From: Candidatus Bathyarchaeota archaeon | Lineage (GTDB): Archaea; Thermoproteota; Bathyarchaeia; Bathyarchaeales; Bathycorpusculaceae | Length of the DNA: 64,000 nucleotides | Direction of reading: 5' to 3' | Assembly: GCA_963733095.1 (NCBI GenBank) | Contig: CAVTBV010000013.1 | Coordinates: 96,001-160,000, forward strand | In this document: in pieces, positions 52,222 through 61,118 of the stretch | Layout: each line of letters begins with the position of its first letter | How positions within the stretch are numbered: the stretch's first letter is position 1 | Program-made: the position numbers and the translations under genes | Notes under the pieces: model-generated | The model's database searches: none | What the model was told of the DNA's origin: nothing | Seen by the model: only the letters and a program-made list of their open reading frames with translations

Positions 52222-53412
52222 TTAGGTTATTCTGGCGTGAATTTCAATAATATCGCCATCATCTAGAACAAAATTTAACCCAACCTTCTTAGGACTAAAC
52301 GGAAGGCGCTTTGCCCAAACCATAGCAAACATGAAGTTGGATAAGAGCTCTTTATGGATGTTTTTGGCGAGTTCGTTGACGGTGGCGCCTTTTCTTAAGG
52401 CGAAAGGGTGGTCGCTGTGGACTTTGTTGCCGGGTTCTTTGGTGTAGATGCGGATGATTCCAAGGGATTCAAATATGGCTTTTCCCAGTTCTTGCATGCC
52501 GAGTTTGCGTTCGCAGGACATTGGCACGATGGGCAGTTTGCCGTCTACATGCTGTTTTAGACGCCGCAGGTTAGCTGCTGTGCCTGGCAGGTCGAGTTTG
52601 TTGGCGACGATTACGGCGGGTTTGTAGATGGTGTTTTCGTAGATGGCGTTTTCGACGTCTTCTAAGGTGACGGCGCCGCTGATGCGTATAACGGCGTCGT
52701 TGATTTTGTAGCTGCGAACCAGTTCTTCTATGTCGCGCATGCTGCAGTCGATGAGTCTGCCCACCGTTATGACCCTGATTCTTGCGCCCGCAGGACGCCG
52801 CTCAATCTCCACGCGTCCCCCACTGGGCTTGCTAACCAATACACGGGTCTTCTCAAGCTCCGCCAAAATTAAATCCAACTGCATCACGGGGTCTCGGCTC
52901 AAATCCAGCATCAAAATTACGCCGTCAGCATTTCGCGCTAACCCAAGCGTAACGTTGCCGCCTGCTTTTCCCTCTGCTGCGCCCTCCATGACGGCGGGCG
53001 CTTCCACTATCTGGAACTGTACGTCCAAATAATTCATGATGCCCGGCACGGGTTCGTGGGTGCTAAATGGGGTGGGGGTGACGACGACTTTGGAGTTTGT
53101 GGTGGCGCACATGAGGCAGCTTTTGCCCACGTTGGTCATGCCGATTAATGCTACTTGGGCTGTGGCGCCTTTTTCGATGAAGAGTTTGGGTCCGCCGCTA
53201 CTTTTGCCCGTGCCCATGCGCTTCTTTTTATCTAAGTCTTCCCGAATCAGCGCGATTTTTCTGTTTATTTCGCCGCGCAGCTTCATGGTGCCTTTGTGGT
53301 GCGGAACATACCTTAGGAACTCTTGCATGGCTTCCATTTTTTCTTTAGGAGTCTTGGCAGCCTCAATCAGCTCCCACTTATCCATCGCTTCAGGCGGCAA
53401 ATTAGTCGGCAT
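52222..53412 (-). CDS. DRG/OBG-family GTPase with TGS domain
   Basis: MPTNLPPEA, GMTNVGKS, NKLD, IRIYTK and LDDGDIIEIH; the G3 motif reads EAPA instead of DxPG. Confidence 0.88.
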   Translation of the reverse strand: MPTNLPPEAMDKWELIEAAKTPKEKMEAMQEFLRYVPHHKGTMKLRGEINRKIALIREDLDKKKRMGTGKSSGGPKLFIEKGATAQVALIGMTNVGKSCLMCATTNSKVVVTPTPFSTHEPVPGIMNYLDVQFQIVEAPAVMEGAAEGKAGGNVTLGLARNADGVILMLDLSRDPVMQLDLILAELEKTRVLVSKPSGGRVEIERRPAGARIRVITVGRLIDCSMRDIEELVRSYKINDAVIRISGAVTLEDVENAIYENTIYKPAVIVANKLDLPGTAANLRRLKQHVDGKLPIVPMSCERKLGMQELGKAIFESLGIIRIYTKEPGNKVHSDHPFALRKGATVNELAKNIHKELLSNFMFAMVWAKRLPFSPKKVGLNFVLDDGDIIEIHARIT

Positions 53413-53612
53413 CTAAACTTCGCAAATACAATCCACAACACAGCCATATGACTATTTCTAAACAAAAACAAAAAATAATCCGAAAACAGCCGCCGACCAG
53501 TTAACTATTCCCACATTTACCTTCCATTTAGTTCTGTCACGTTGCTGGACCGCCATGTTTCTGATAATCACTGCAATTTTGGTTGCTATCGATGACGCAA
53601 CACCAACAGTTT

Positions 53613-54281
53613 TTATGGCTCTTTAATGAGAGCTTTATTTTGTTTTGTTTTAATTCTTTGGCGCACTAAGATAACTGATAGAATAACTGCAATCAGCATG
53701 GTGAATAGTAACATAAAGGGCGATTGGAACTCCGGCACTGCTGAAGATACTACAACGTTTCCCCACATGCCATAATCTATGTGACCTGGTTCTGTGCATA
53801 CATAGTAGAAGTTGCCTGTTTGGTTAGGTGTGAAGGTGACTGAGGCTGAGTTGCCTGCAGGTAAAAAGTTAGTTATGTCGATGCCTGCTCCGAACATAGG
53901 TATATTACTTACAGCTTTTGTTGGCACGATTTCCCATGCATGCGGGCTGGTGCCTACGTTGTACACGGTCATTGTGTACGCGGTTCCTTCTTGGAGGTAA
54001 AGCGTTGGGCCGGGTGAAGTAATGTTAGTTGCAGAGTTGCCAAAACCAAATAATAATGAACTTGTTGCGCCTGTCGATAATGGGCCTTCATACAACACTA
54101 GGGCTGTTTCTGAACTTGTCGCAGTGGGAAAAGGTGTACTTGTACTTGTGGGGGAACTTGTTGTTGGAGGGTAGGTATAGCTTGGGTATTGGGATTTTAC
54201 GGGCTCGGTTATTGTCAACGCAGAGATCAAGCCGATCATAAGAACGAGCGTAAATACTAAAAAGTATTTGCAATTTAACAC
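53613..54281 (-). CDS. Secreted cupredoxin (type-1 copper) with PEF-CTERM-like sorting signal
   Basis: Signal peptide, Thr/Pro linker, H...CTEPGHIDYGM ligands, VPEF + TM + basic tail. Confidence 0.82.
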   Translation of the reverse strand: MLNCKYFLVFTLVLMIGLISALTITEPVKSQYPSYTYPPTTSSPTSTSTPFPTATSSETALVLYEGPLSTGATSSLLFGFGNSATNITSPGPTLYLQEGTAYTMTVYNVGTSPHAWEIVPTKAVSNIPMFGAGIDITNFLPAGNSASVTFTPNQTGNFYYVCTEPGHIDYGMWGNVVVSSAVPEFQSPFMLLFTMLIAVILSVILVRQRIKTKQNKALIKEP

Positions 54282-54547
54282 TTAAATTGCCTCTAATTTT
54301 TGTATCTTTAACAACTTTAAAAAGGTTTGTTGTCGTTCAATTGTAACACACCACGACGCACAATGTTCTAGTTCCCTCGTTGCGACTTTAGTTTAAATCC
54401 CTATCGTTACCAATGATTTAAACGTCAGTAACAGTCTAGTTATACAGCTCAGTATTTGCGAGATTCGTATCCATTGAATAGTAAGTCCCTCCCTGACTTA
54501 CTTAAAACTGTTTTAACTAAACAAAAATTCTTTAATGTTTAAAAAAA

Positions 54548-55438
54548 TTGAAAGGTGCAAGCGTGAATTCTACAGTATGCAATTCAAAGTTACATTCGAT
54601 TGATCTTCGGTTTCCTATTTCTGTTGCCCTTGCCGGTGGATTAGCAGTAAGAATCTATGGGGACCAGCGTCCAAGTTGTATGGAAACATCCGCTTTGCAA
54701 AAGGGGCTTGTCCTCACGCTTGACGGCAGGGAGTTGATTGAGGAAGGGATGGGTTTTGGGGTTCCAATCGTTATGTATGCGGATAAAACGTTCTTTTCCA
54801 GCAAAGCGGACGTGTCAATCCAAAAGTCTGGTCATGGTTATACGTTAAGGAAGGTTTTCACATTAGACACAGTTTCCTTAAAAAAATTCGGGCAAGGCAT
54901 CTACATCAATGACCGCGTTTATTCTCCGTTCAGAAAAACTTTTCAAAAACTATACATCAAACACAAAAAACTCAACCCGTTCTTCAACAAGCTTATGGAG
55001 CTCCGCGAGCTGGCAAATATCAAAACCGACTTCGTAACTGTTAGACCCAGAGGAACTGTAACGGTAACCTATCACCTTCAACCAACAACCATAAACATCC
55101 AAGCAAACTTTTCAAACGTAGCATTAAACAAATGCTGCGAAGTTTTGGTTTTAAACGAGCAAGGTTCCAGCATGTTCGAAAAGTATTCTGATTCAAGCGG
55201 TCTAAATCTTTTCGGACGCAAGATTGGGGCATGGGAAACAGTTACTGCAAACCAAGCAGCCATGCAGAGTGTGAACCGGAAAATTTTCTTTAGCGTGCAG
55301 AAAGTGGAAGGCGCCACGCTTTTTAGGGGTTGGGAGAGGACTCGGAAGCGGTTTTCGTGGGCGGGTTTGAGTTATTCTATGGGTCCCACCAATGGCGTTT
55401 TCGGTTATTCAATCGGTTTAGGCTTTGATACGAAATAG
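54548..55438 (+). CDS. Hypothetical protein
   Basis: 296-aa open frame with EEGMGFGVP and SWAGLSY segments; no family recognised. Confidence 0.65.
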   Translation: MKGASVNSTVCNSKLHSIDLRFPISVALAGGLAVRIYGDQRPSCMETSALQKGLVLTLDGRELIEEGMGFGVPIVMYADKTFFSSKADVSIQKSGHGYTLRKVFTLDTVSLKKFGQGIYINDRVYSPFRKTFQKLYIKHKKLNPFFNKLMELRELANIKTDFVTVRPRGTVTVTYHLQPTTINIQANFSNVALNKCCEVLVLNEQGSSMFEKYSDSSGLNLFGRKIGAWETVTANQAAMQSVNRKIFFSVQKVEGATLFRGWERTRKRFSWAGLSYSMGPTNGVFGYSIGLGFDTK

Positions 55439-55564
55439 CCCCTCTGCGCCATATTTTTAGGCAGGGTTAATTGCTTGAGTACATTTATCCCCAGTTTATT
55501 GGTATATAAGACATTGGAAAGTCTTTTATGCATTTGGCTCAAATATTACACGGGGATAAAGATA

Positions 55565-57214
55565 GTGAGCTCTATCGATGTTGCCCAGTCCAAAGCCTGC
55601 AGGCAGGGGTCTCCCTTAATCCACACTTCACAAACCCCCATTAAAGTCAAAAAGCGAATCGATGTAAACAAAGATTTCCTCGAGGAACTGGGCGTTAACA
55701 GTCAACAGTTTAAAATCTTATTCGATAATCTCCCCCAAGGTGTTGCCCTCTACAAAATGATCTATGACCAACAAGGCAAGCCCGTCGACTACATTCTCCT
55801 CGAAAGTAACATGGTGTATGATGATATTCACTATTTTAAAAGAGAACGAATCGGACAGAAAGCAACCGAGTTTAATCCAAAAATAAAATATGACAAAATG
55901 GGTTGGATAGCCCTTTATGGCAAAGTAGCCACCACCGGTGTCCCTGAGTATTTTGAAACCTACTGCAAACCTGACGATAAATGGTATGAAATCTACATCT
56001 ATAGCCCAAAGAAAACATTTTTTGTTTCAGTTTTCATGGATATAAATGACCAGAAAAAGAGGTTTGCGAAAGAAATTGAGGAACAAAAGAAATCAGAACA
56101 GAAACTTTCTTTTTCAGAAAAAAAATATCGTAGACTCTACGAGACATCGCAAGATGGCATCATGGCGCGTGACCTCAAGGGAAATATGGTTGATTGCAAC
56201 CAAGCATACGCAAAAATGCTCGGTTACTCAAGAAAAGAACTAGAGCACCTGCCTGTTCAACGTTGCCTGCCGGCGAAGTGGCATGAGCAAAGAGACCGAA
56301 TCGTTAAAAAAGTCCTACAAACGGGGCGCTCCATAGTGTTTGAGCGGGAATATCGACGGAAGGATGGTTCGGTGTTTCCTGCATCCGTAAGAACTTGGCG
56401 GTTAACTGATGGAAAAGGAAAGGTTGTTGGCATTTGGTCGACTGTTCGAGACATTACTGAGCAGAAGGAACGGCAGAAAAACCTTCAGGACCAAGCGGAC
56501 TATCTCCAAAAAGTGGTTGAAGACCGCACTAAACAGCTAAAGGATTCGGAGCGTTTAGCGGCTATTGGGCAAACCGCTGGTATGGTTGGGCATGACCTGC
56601 GCAACCCCTTGCAGACAATAACCGGCGAATTGTATCTGGCGAAAACGGAAATTAGCTCACTGGGCGAAGGCGAAGTCAGAAGTAACCTGCAAGAAAGTAT
56701 TCATTTGATAGAAGAGCAAGCCGCTTACATGGACAAAATTGTTTCTGATTTGCAAGCGTTTGTGCAACCTATCAAAATCGATAAGAAACCATTCAGCCTA
56801 AAAGAGCTCGTAAGCAACGTTTTGAAATCGGTTGCCAAGCCCGCCAATGTCACGGTGCGAACGCGAATCGTTGATGCTCCCCAGATAAAAGCTGACCTCC
56901 AACTCCTCAAACGTGTTTTAATCAATTTGGTGACCAATTCAATTCAAGCCATGCCTGATGGAGGCAAGCTAACCTTAAGTGGACAAATAAATCAAGATGG
57001 ACAAGTCTCTCTATCTGTGCAGGACACGGGCGTTGGGATACCTGACGCGACTAAAAACCAAATATTCACGCCCCTCTTCACCACTAAACCGCGTGGGCAA
57101 GGCTTTGGGTTAGCGGTCTGCAAGAGAGTTATAGAAGCCCACAGTGGCACCATCAGCTTTGAAAGCAAAGTGGGTAAAGGCACAAAATTCACGATTCAGT
57201 TTCCCGCAGCTTAA
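55565..57214 (+). CDS. PAS-domain sensor histidine kinase
   Basis: Two PAS domains, H-box GHDLRNPL, N-box NLVTNSIQA, DTGVGI, FTTK and GFGL motifs. Confidence 0.92.
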   Translation: MSSIDVAQSKACRQGSPLIHTSQTPIKVKKRIDVNKDFLEELGVNSQQFKILFDNLPQGVALYKMIYDQQGKPVDYILLESNMVYDDIHYFKRERIGQKATEFNPKIKYDKMGWIALYGKVATTGVPEYFETYCKPDDKWYEIYIYSPKKTFFVSVFMDINDQKKRFAKEIEEQKKSEQKLSFSEKKYRRLYETSQDGIMARDLKGNMVDCNQAYAKMLGYSRKELEHLPVQRCLPAKWHEQRDRIVKKVLQTGRSIVFEREYRRKDGSVFPASVRTWRLTDGKGKVVGIWSTVRDITEQKERQKNLQDQADYLQKVVEDRTKQLKDSERLAAIGQTAGMVGHDLRNPLQTITGELYLAKTEISSLGEGEVRSNLQESIHLIEEQAAYMDKIVSDLQAFVQPIKIDKKPFSLKELVSNVLKSVAKPANVTVRTRIVDAPQIKADLQLLKRVLINLVTNSIQAMPDGGKLTLSGQINQDGQVSLSVQDTGVGIPDATKNQIFTPLFTTKPRGQGFGLAVCKRVIEAHSGTISFESKVGKGTKFTIQFPAA

Positions 57215-57516
57215 GTTTCAATCATAGCTTTCTGTTGCTTGGTGCCTTTAAGTTTCTGTCTTAAACTATACACAAACGCCATGAACCAGAAGACTACCGT
57301 AAACCAGCCTAACGCAAAACCGATAGTGTTTCCTAACAGGTGATAAGCTACCTCAAAACCAGTGATGGATACAAACGTCAAAAAGGAACCAACAATGCTA
57401 AATCCTCGCAGTACGTTCCTGTTTTTGATGATTGCCCGCAGCATCCAGAGCAAGCCAAGGAAGTTTATGGCGCTGGCGACATCTAAGATTAAGTTTGCAA
57501 GAGCCAAAGTATCCAT
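57211..57516 (-). CDS. Small 3-TM membrane protein
   Basis: Three hydrophobic segments and a basic tail. Confidence 0.65.
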   Translation of the reverse strand: MDTLALANLILDVASAINFLGLLWMLRAIIKNRNVLRGFSIVGSFLTFVSITGFEVAYHLLGNTIGFALGWFTVVFWFMAFVYSLRQKLKGTKQQKAMIET

Positions 57517-57655
57517 ATTTTTCGGTTTCCTAAAGCCAATTCGCCTTGCCAAAACTTAAGACTATCGTAGCTCGCCAATCTCTTGGACGTAAATTACCTT
57601 AAATCCATCCATAACAATGCTTCAGTAATCTGCTAAGGAGTGGTGATAAAAAAAA

Positions 57656-57790
57656 TTGATTTCGCGAGATTGTGACGGATGCGAGCAACAGAAAATCTGC
57701 CTCAAACGCTACGGCAAAGTTTCTGAAGGCGAAAAAGTCTACTGCCCAGACGGAACAGCACATCTATTATATAAGGCAAGCCATGCATGA
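57656..57790 (+). CDS. 44-aa Cys/His metal-binding peptide, absent from the ORF track
   Basis: (M)ISRDCDGCEQQKICLKRYGKVSEGEKVYCPDGTAHLLYKASHA*, with GGTGA RBS. Confidence 0.6.
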   Translation: MISRDCDGCEQQKICLKRYGKVSEGEKVYCPDGTAHLLYKASHA

Positions 57791-57953
57791 AAATGAAAGA
57801 ATAGCCCAAGTATTCTTCGCCACTCTTTTTGTTTAACTCTAACGATTTGATGGGGAGTTTATCTGAAAACATGCAATATGGGCGTGTTTTGGGGGAAAGT
57901 TAAAAAACCATAAATGCTTCAAATAACTATCTATACGGCTGTGGGGGAGAATA

Positions 57954-58643
57954 GTGAAACTTCGAATATCCATAATCGTTGCTGTTTTAACAATCACTTT
58001 CCTTTGTATGGGTTTTGCCGCTGCGCTTAACCAAGATGAAGCCTCCGTTCACAGTTTCTTCTCAACTTCAACGTTGCAGCCTGGACAAACAGTGACTGTC
58101 ACCGTATTCTTCACCAGCAACTCATCCGATGCACTGCAAGTGACCGCTGTAGGCTTACACTTTGACTGGATGCCGGATGCTGAAGGCTTCTACGGTTTCA
58201 ATTTGGCAAGCCAACCTGTAACGGTCGCGGCTGGCGGAACTCAAGCATTCCCTCAGATGACCATTCAAATTCCAACAAACGTTACATTAGGTGAGCACAG
58301 CTACTTCGTTGGTGTTGACGGAACCCAAGGCGCATCGTCTACTGATTTCTCATGGAGTTCTCCTTTACTGACAGTTATGGTTGTTGGCAGCAACGGACAA
58401 ACCGCTGGCCCAACAGTTACAACAGCGCCTACAGAACACAGCGGACAGGTTGGACAATCAGACCTGCTTCTTTATGGCGTAGCAGCAGCAGTTGTCGTTA
58501 TTGTTGTTTTGCTCGTAATAGCGCTAATGCTTCGGAGAAGGAAACCATCCCAGCCAAAGCCAGCAGCTAACGAAGGCACAACTAAACCCGAGCCACCAAG
58601 CCAACCACCGAAATCTAATCCTGAGCAAGACTTCAACATTTAA
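57954..58643 (+). CDS. Secreted, C-terminally anchored hypothetical protein
   Basis: Signal peptide, beta-rich domain, TM + RRRK, Pro-rich tail. Confidence 0.75.
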   Translation: MKLRISIIVAVLTITFLCMGFAAALNQDEASVHSFFSTSTLQPGQTVTVTVFFTSNSSDALQVTAVGLHFDWMPDAEGFYGFNLASQPVTVAAGGTQAFPQMTIQIPTNVTLGEHSYFVGVDGTQGASSTDFSWSSPLLTVMVVGSNGQTAGPTVTTAPTEHSGQVGQSDLLLYGVAAAVVVIVVLLVIALMLRRRKPSQPKPAANEGTTKPEPPSQPPKSNPEQDFNI

Positions 58644-58738
58644 TATTTTTTTCATAAAAGTCGTTCGGGACTGTGCAGAGGCAATTTGAAAAAGCTTATA
58701 GCTAAATGCCACAACATATCGGTACTTAAAGTGGCACT

Positions 58739-59404
58739 TTGATGGCGACCCACACAAAACATGTCCTAACTGTACTGGTAACAGTCATCATTGTAGCACT
58801 AATGTTTCCTCTTGCTTGCATGAATGCTCAAGCTCAAACTGAAACAACCTTCACACCCTCCAACAAGTTCAGTATTCCCTCTCTTAACGGAACCATCAGT
58901 TTTGCATTAAACGGGTCCTGTTCCTCAGCAACTTTAGTCAACGATAGCTGGGTCTTCTCAAACCTAAGGCTGAACAATTCACAACCGCTTGGCAACCTAA
59001 CTATCAGCACATCAAACTCTGAAATAACTATTTTTTCCTTCGGATCCATCAACTATTTTGGTCGAATCGCTCAGCTTCGCTACAATGCACAAGGAGAAGG
59101 AACGCAGACTGTAAACTTAGGTCTTAATCTCACGCAGCCAACTCAACCAAGCGAATGGAGCATAAGCGTTCCAGGAAGAAGCGGTTTTCTCTCAGAGGGA
59201 AGCAACTGGAACCTCTTACCTGACGACTCAGTAGTTGTTTTCGGCTTAACGGGCAATGTATCGGTTTTGCATTTTGGCAGGATCATTCCGAACAACAGTA
59301 ATTTGCCGTTTTATCAGCAGCATTCAGTAATTATCATAACTACAATCGTGCTTTCGATAGTTGTAGCGGTCGCGGTTGTAATTCGGGTTAAAGGAGGGAG
59401 TTGA
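58739..59404 (+). CDS. Secreted, C-terminally anchored hypothetical protein
   Basis: Signal peptide, many N-x-S/T sites, C-terminal TM. Confidence 0.75.
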   Translation: MMATHTKHVLTVLVTVIIVALMFPLACMNAQAQTETTFTPSNKFSIPSLNGTISFALNGSCSSATLVNDSWVFSNLRLNNSQPLGNLTISTSNSEITIFSFGSINYFGRIAQLRYNAQGEGTQTVNLGLNLTQPTQPSEWSISVPGRSGFLSEGSNWNLLPDDSVVVFGLTGNVSVLHFGRIIPNNSNLPFYQQHSVIIITTIVLSIVVAVAVVIRVKGGS

Positions 59405-59408
59405 CGGG

Positions 59409-60656
59409 ATGGTTTTGGAAAACTCACCGGTTTTAGTGTTGACGATTTACGCCCTAATAGTGGCAGTCGGCATCGTTCTCATTCTTAAACTATCCAAAGA
59501 CAAAACCCGAAAAATCAGCACACTGAGGCTTTTCATCCAAGTCGCCGCAGTCATCATCGTATTTTTAGGACTCATAATAGGACCATTCAACCAGCCAAAC
59601 TCGCTATTTTATCCCTTAGGGGTTTCTCCGCGCGACAATTTAATCGGCAAAGACGTTTTAGGCACCCAATTCCCCGACGGCATCTCCCTGCCCATCTTAG
59701 CATGTTACTACCCTAACGGACGAACTGTCACCTGTGCAATTTGGCAGTTGCAAGCCTACGTTTTTCCCTTCTGGAACTACCCGCAAGGCTACAACGTAAT
59801 CTACTCTACCTCGGGCTTAGAAAAACTGGCCATAGTGATTGGCATGTTGATTGTGGCATCTATAATTTTAGGCAGGGTTTTCTGTGGGTGGCTCTGCCCA
59901 TTCGGCTTATACCAAGACCTCTTAACTCGACTCCGCAAATCAGCTCGGCTACGGCACCTGAGTTTTTCAGAAAAAACCAGCAAGGCGCTTGGGCAATCAC
60001 GGTACATTATAATCGCGGTCTTTATGATTTTAAGCGTTATTTTCGCTTCTTACGCAATTTTCGGCACACAACTTATTCCCGGCACCAACCCCGGTGGTCC
60101 CCAAGGAACCGAAGCAGGTATCATCAGCAACATCAATGAGCCCTTCTGCCTAGTCTGCCCCATGAGGCCACTATGCATCTTAATAGAAGTCGGCGCCGGC
60201 CAAATGAACTGGTCCTACATATCCCAAATCGCCTATGGACCTTTGTGGGTAACAGGCTTCTACTTAACCTCCATAAACCTCGCGATTTTGGTGGTGATTA
60301 CGATTTTGGCACTGGCTTACAGGCGGTTATGGTGCCGAATCTGCCCCTTAGGCGGCTTAACAGCCCTCTTCAGCACATTTACACCCTTCAAACAAATAGC
60401 CCTAACCAAACTTCAAAAAGACGAACACAAATGCACCAAATGTGGAGTCTGCAAACGCGTTTGCCCAACCCAAGCCACCGCCATGTACGACAAGAAAGGC
60501 GGCGACGTAACAGAATCAAAATGCATGCTTTGTGCGCGATGTGTTGAAATCTGTCCCTACGAAGGCGCGTTGGAACTAAAGTTCGCTGGTAAGTCCCTGA
60601 TGAAATCGCGGAATTGGCTCAAAGAAAACAAACCCGGAAACACACAAAACGATTGA
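59409..60656 (+). CDS. NapH/MauN-type membrane 4Fe-4S protein
   Basis: GRVFCGWLCPFG, WCRICPLGG and two CxxCxxCxxxCP motifs. Confidence 0.88.
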   Translation: MVLENSPVLVLTIYALIVAVGIVLILKLSKDKTRKISTLRLFIQVAAVIIVFLGLIIGPFNQPNSLFYPLGVSPRDNLIGKDVLGTQFPDGISLPILACYYPNGRTVTCAIWQLQAYVFPFWNYPQGYNVIYSTSGLEKLAIVIGMLIVASIILGRVFCGWLCPFGLYQDLLTRLRKSARLRHLSFSEKTSKALGQSRYIIIAVFMILSVIFASYAIFGTQLIPGTNPGGPQGTEAGIISNINEPFCLVCPMRPLCILIEVGAGQMNWSYISQIAYGPLWVTGFYLTSINLAILVVITILALAYRRLWCRICPLGGLTALFSTFTPFKQIALTKLQKDEHKCTKCGVCKRVCPTQATAMYDKKGGDVTESKCMLCARCVEICPYEGALELKFAGKSLMKSRNWLKENKPGNTQND

Positions 60657-60849
60657 CCTAAACTCGCCTAAAATACATACTTTGGTTATCTCTAACTTCT
60701 GGAATTCGCGAGCTAACTTCTTTTTTCTTGTTGTACTTTTTCGGGGGTTTTTCGATTTCAAGATCCTAAAGGTTAAGATAACAACACAGCATTGTGCCTT
60801 CATCAAATCGTCTGTGAGATGGAAAAAGTCCATGCTTTAACTGAGTGAA

Positions 60850-60912
60850 CGCCACGTAGGTATCGTGGCGGTAGATGGGGCATGCAACGTAAACGTTCGT
60901 TATTTTCGAACG
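60850..60912. repeat. Two perfect inverted repeats with 7-nt spacers at the edge of the AT-rich region
   Basis: cgccacg-taggtat-cgtggcg (60850-60870) and cgttcg-ttatttt-cgaacg (60894-60912). Confidence 0.6.
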
Positions 60913-61118
60913 CTAAAACATAGAGTAAATACCAAAATAAGGTGATAATGCTCGTATTTTTCAGTTTACCAGAATAATTTTACTCGATTTTTAACGAAAA
61001 AACGTGTTAAAATGTCTGAAATTATAGGTAATTATACTTTTTTGTTATCAGATGAAAATACAATTTGTTAACATAACTTTTATCGTCGCAGATTTGTGTA
61101 ATAATAAATTTTGATATG

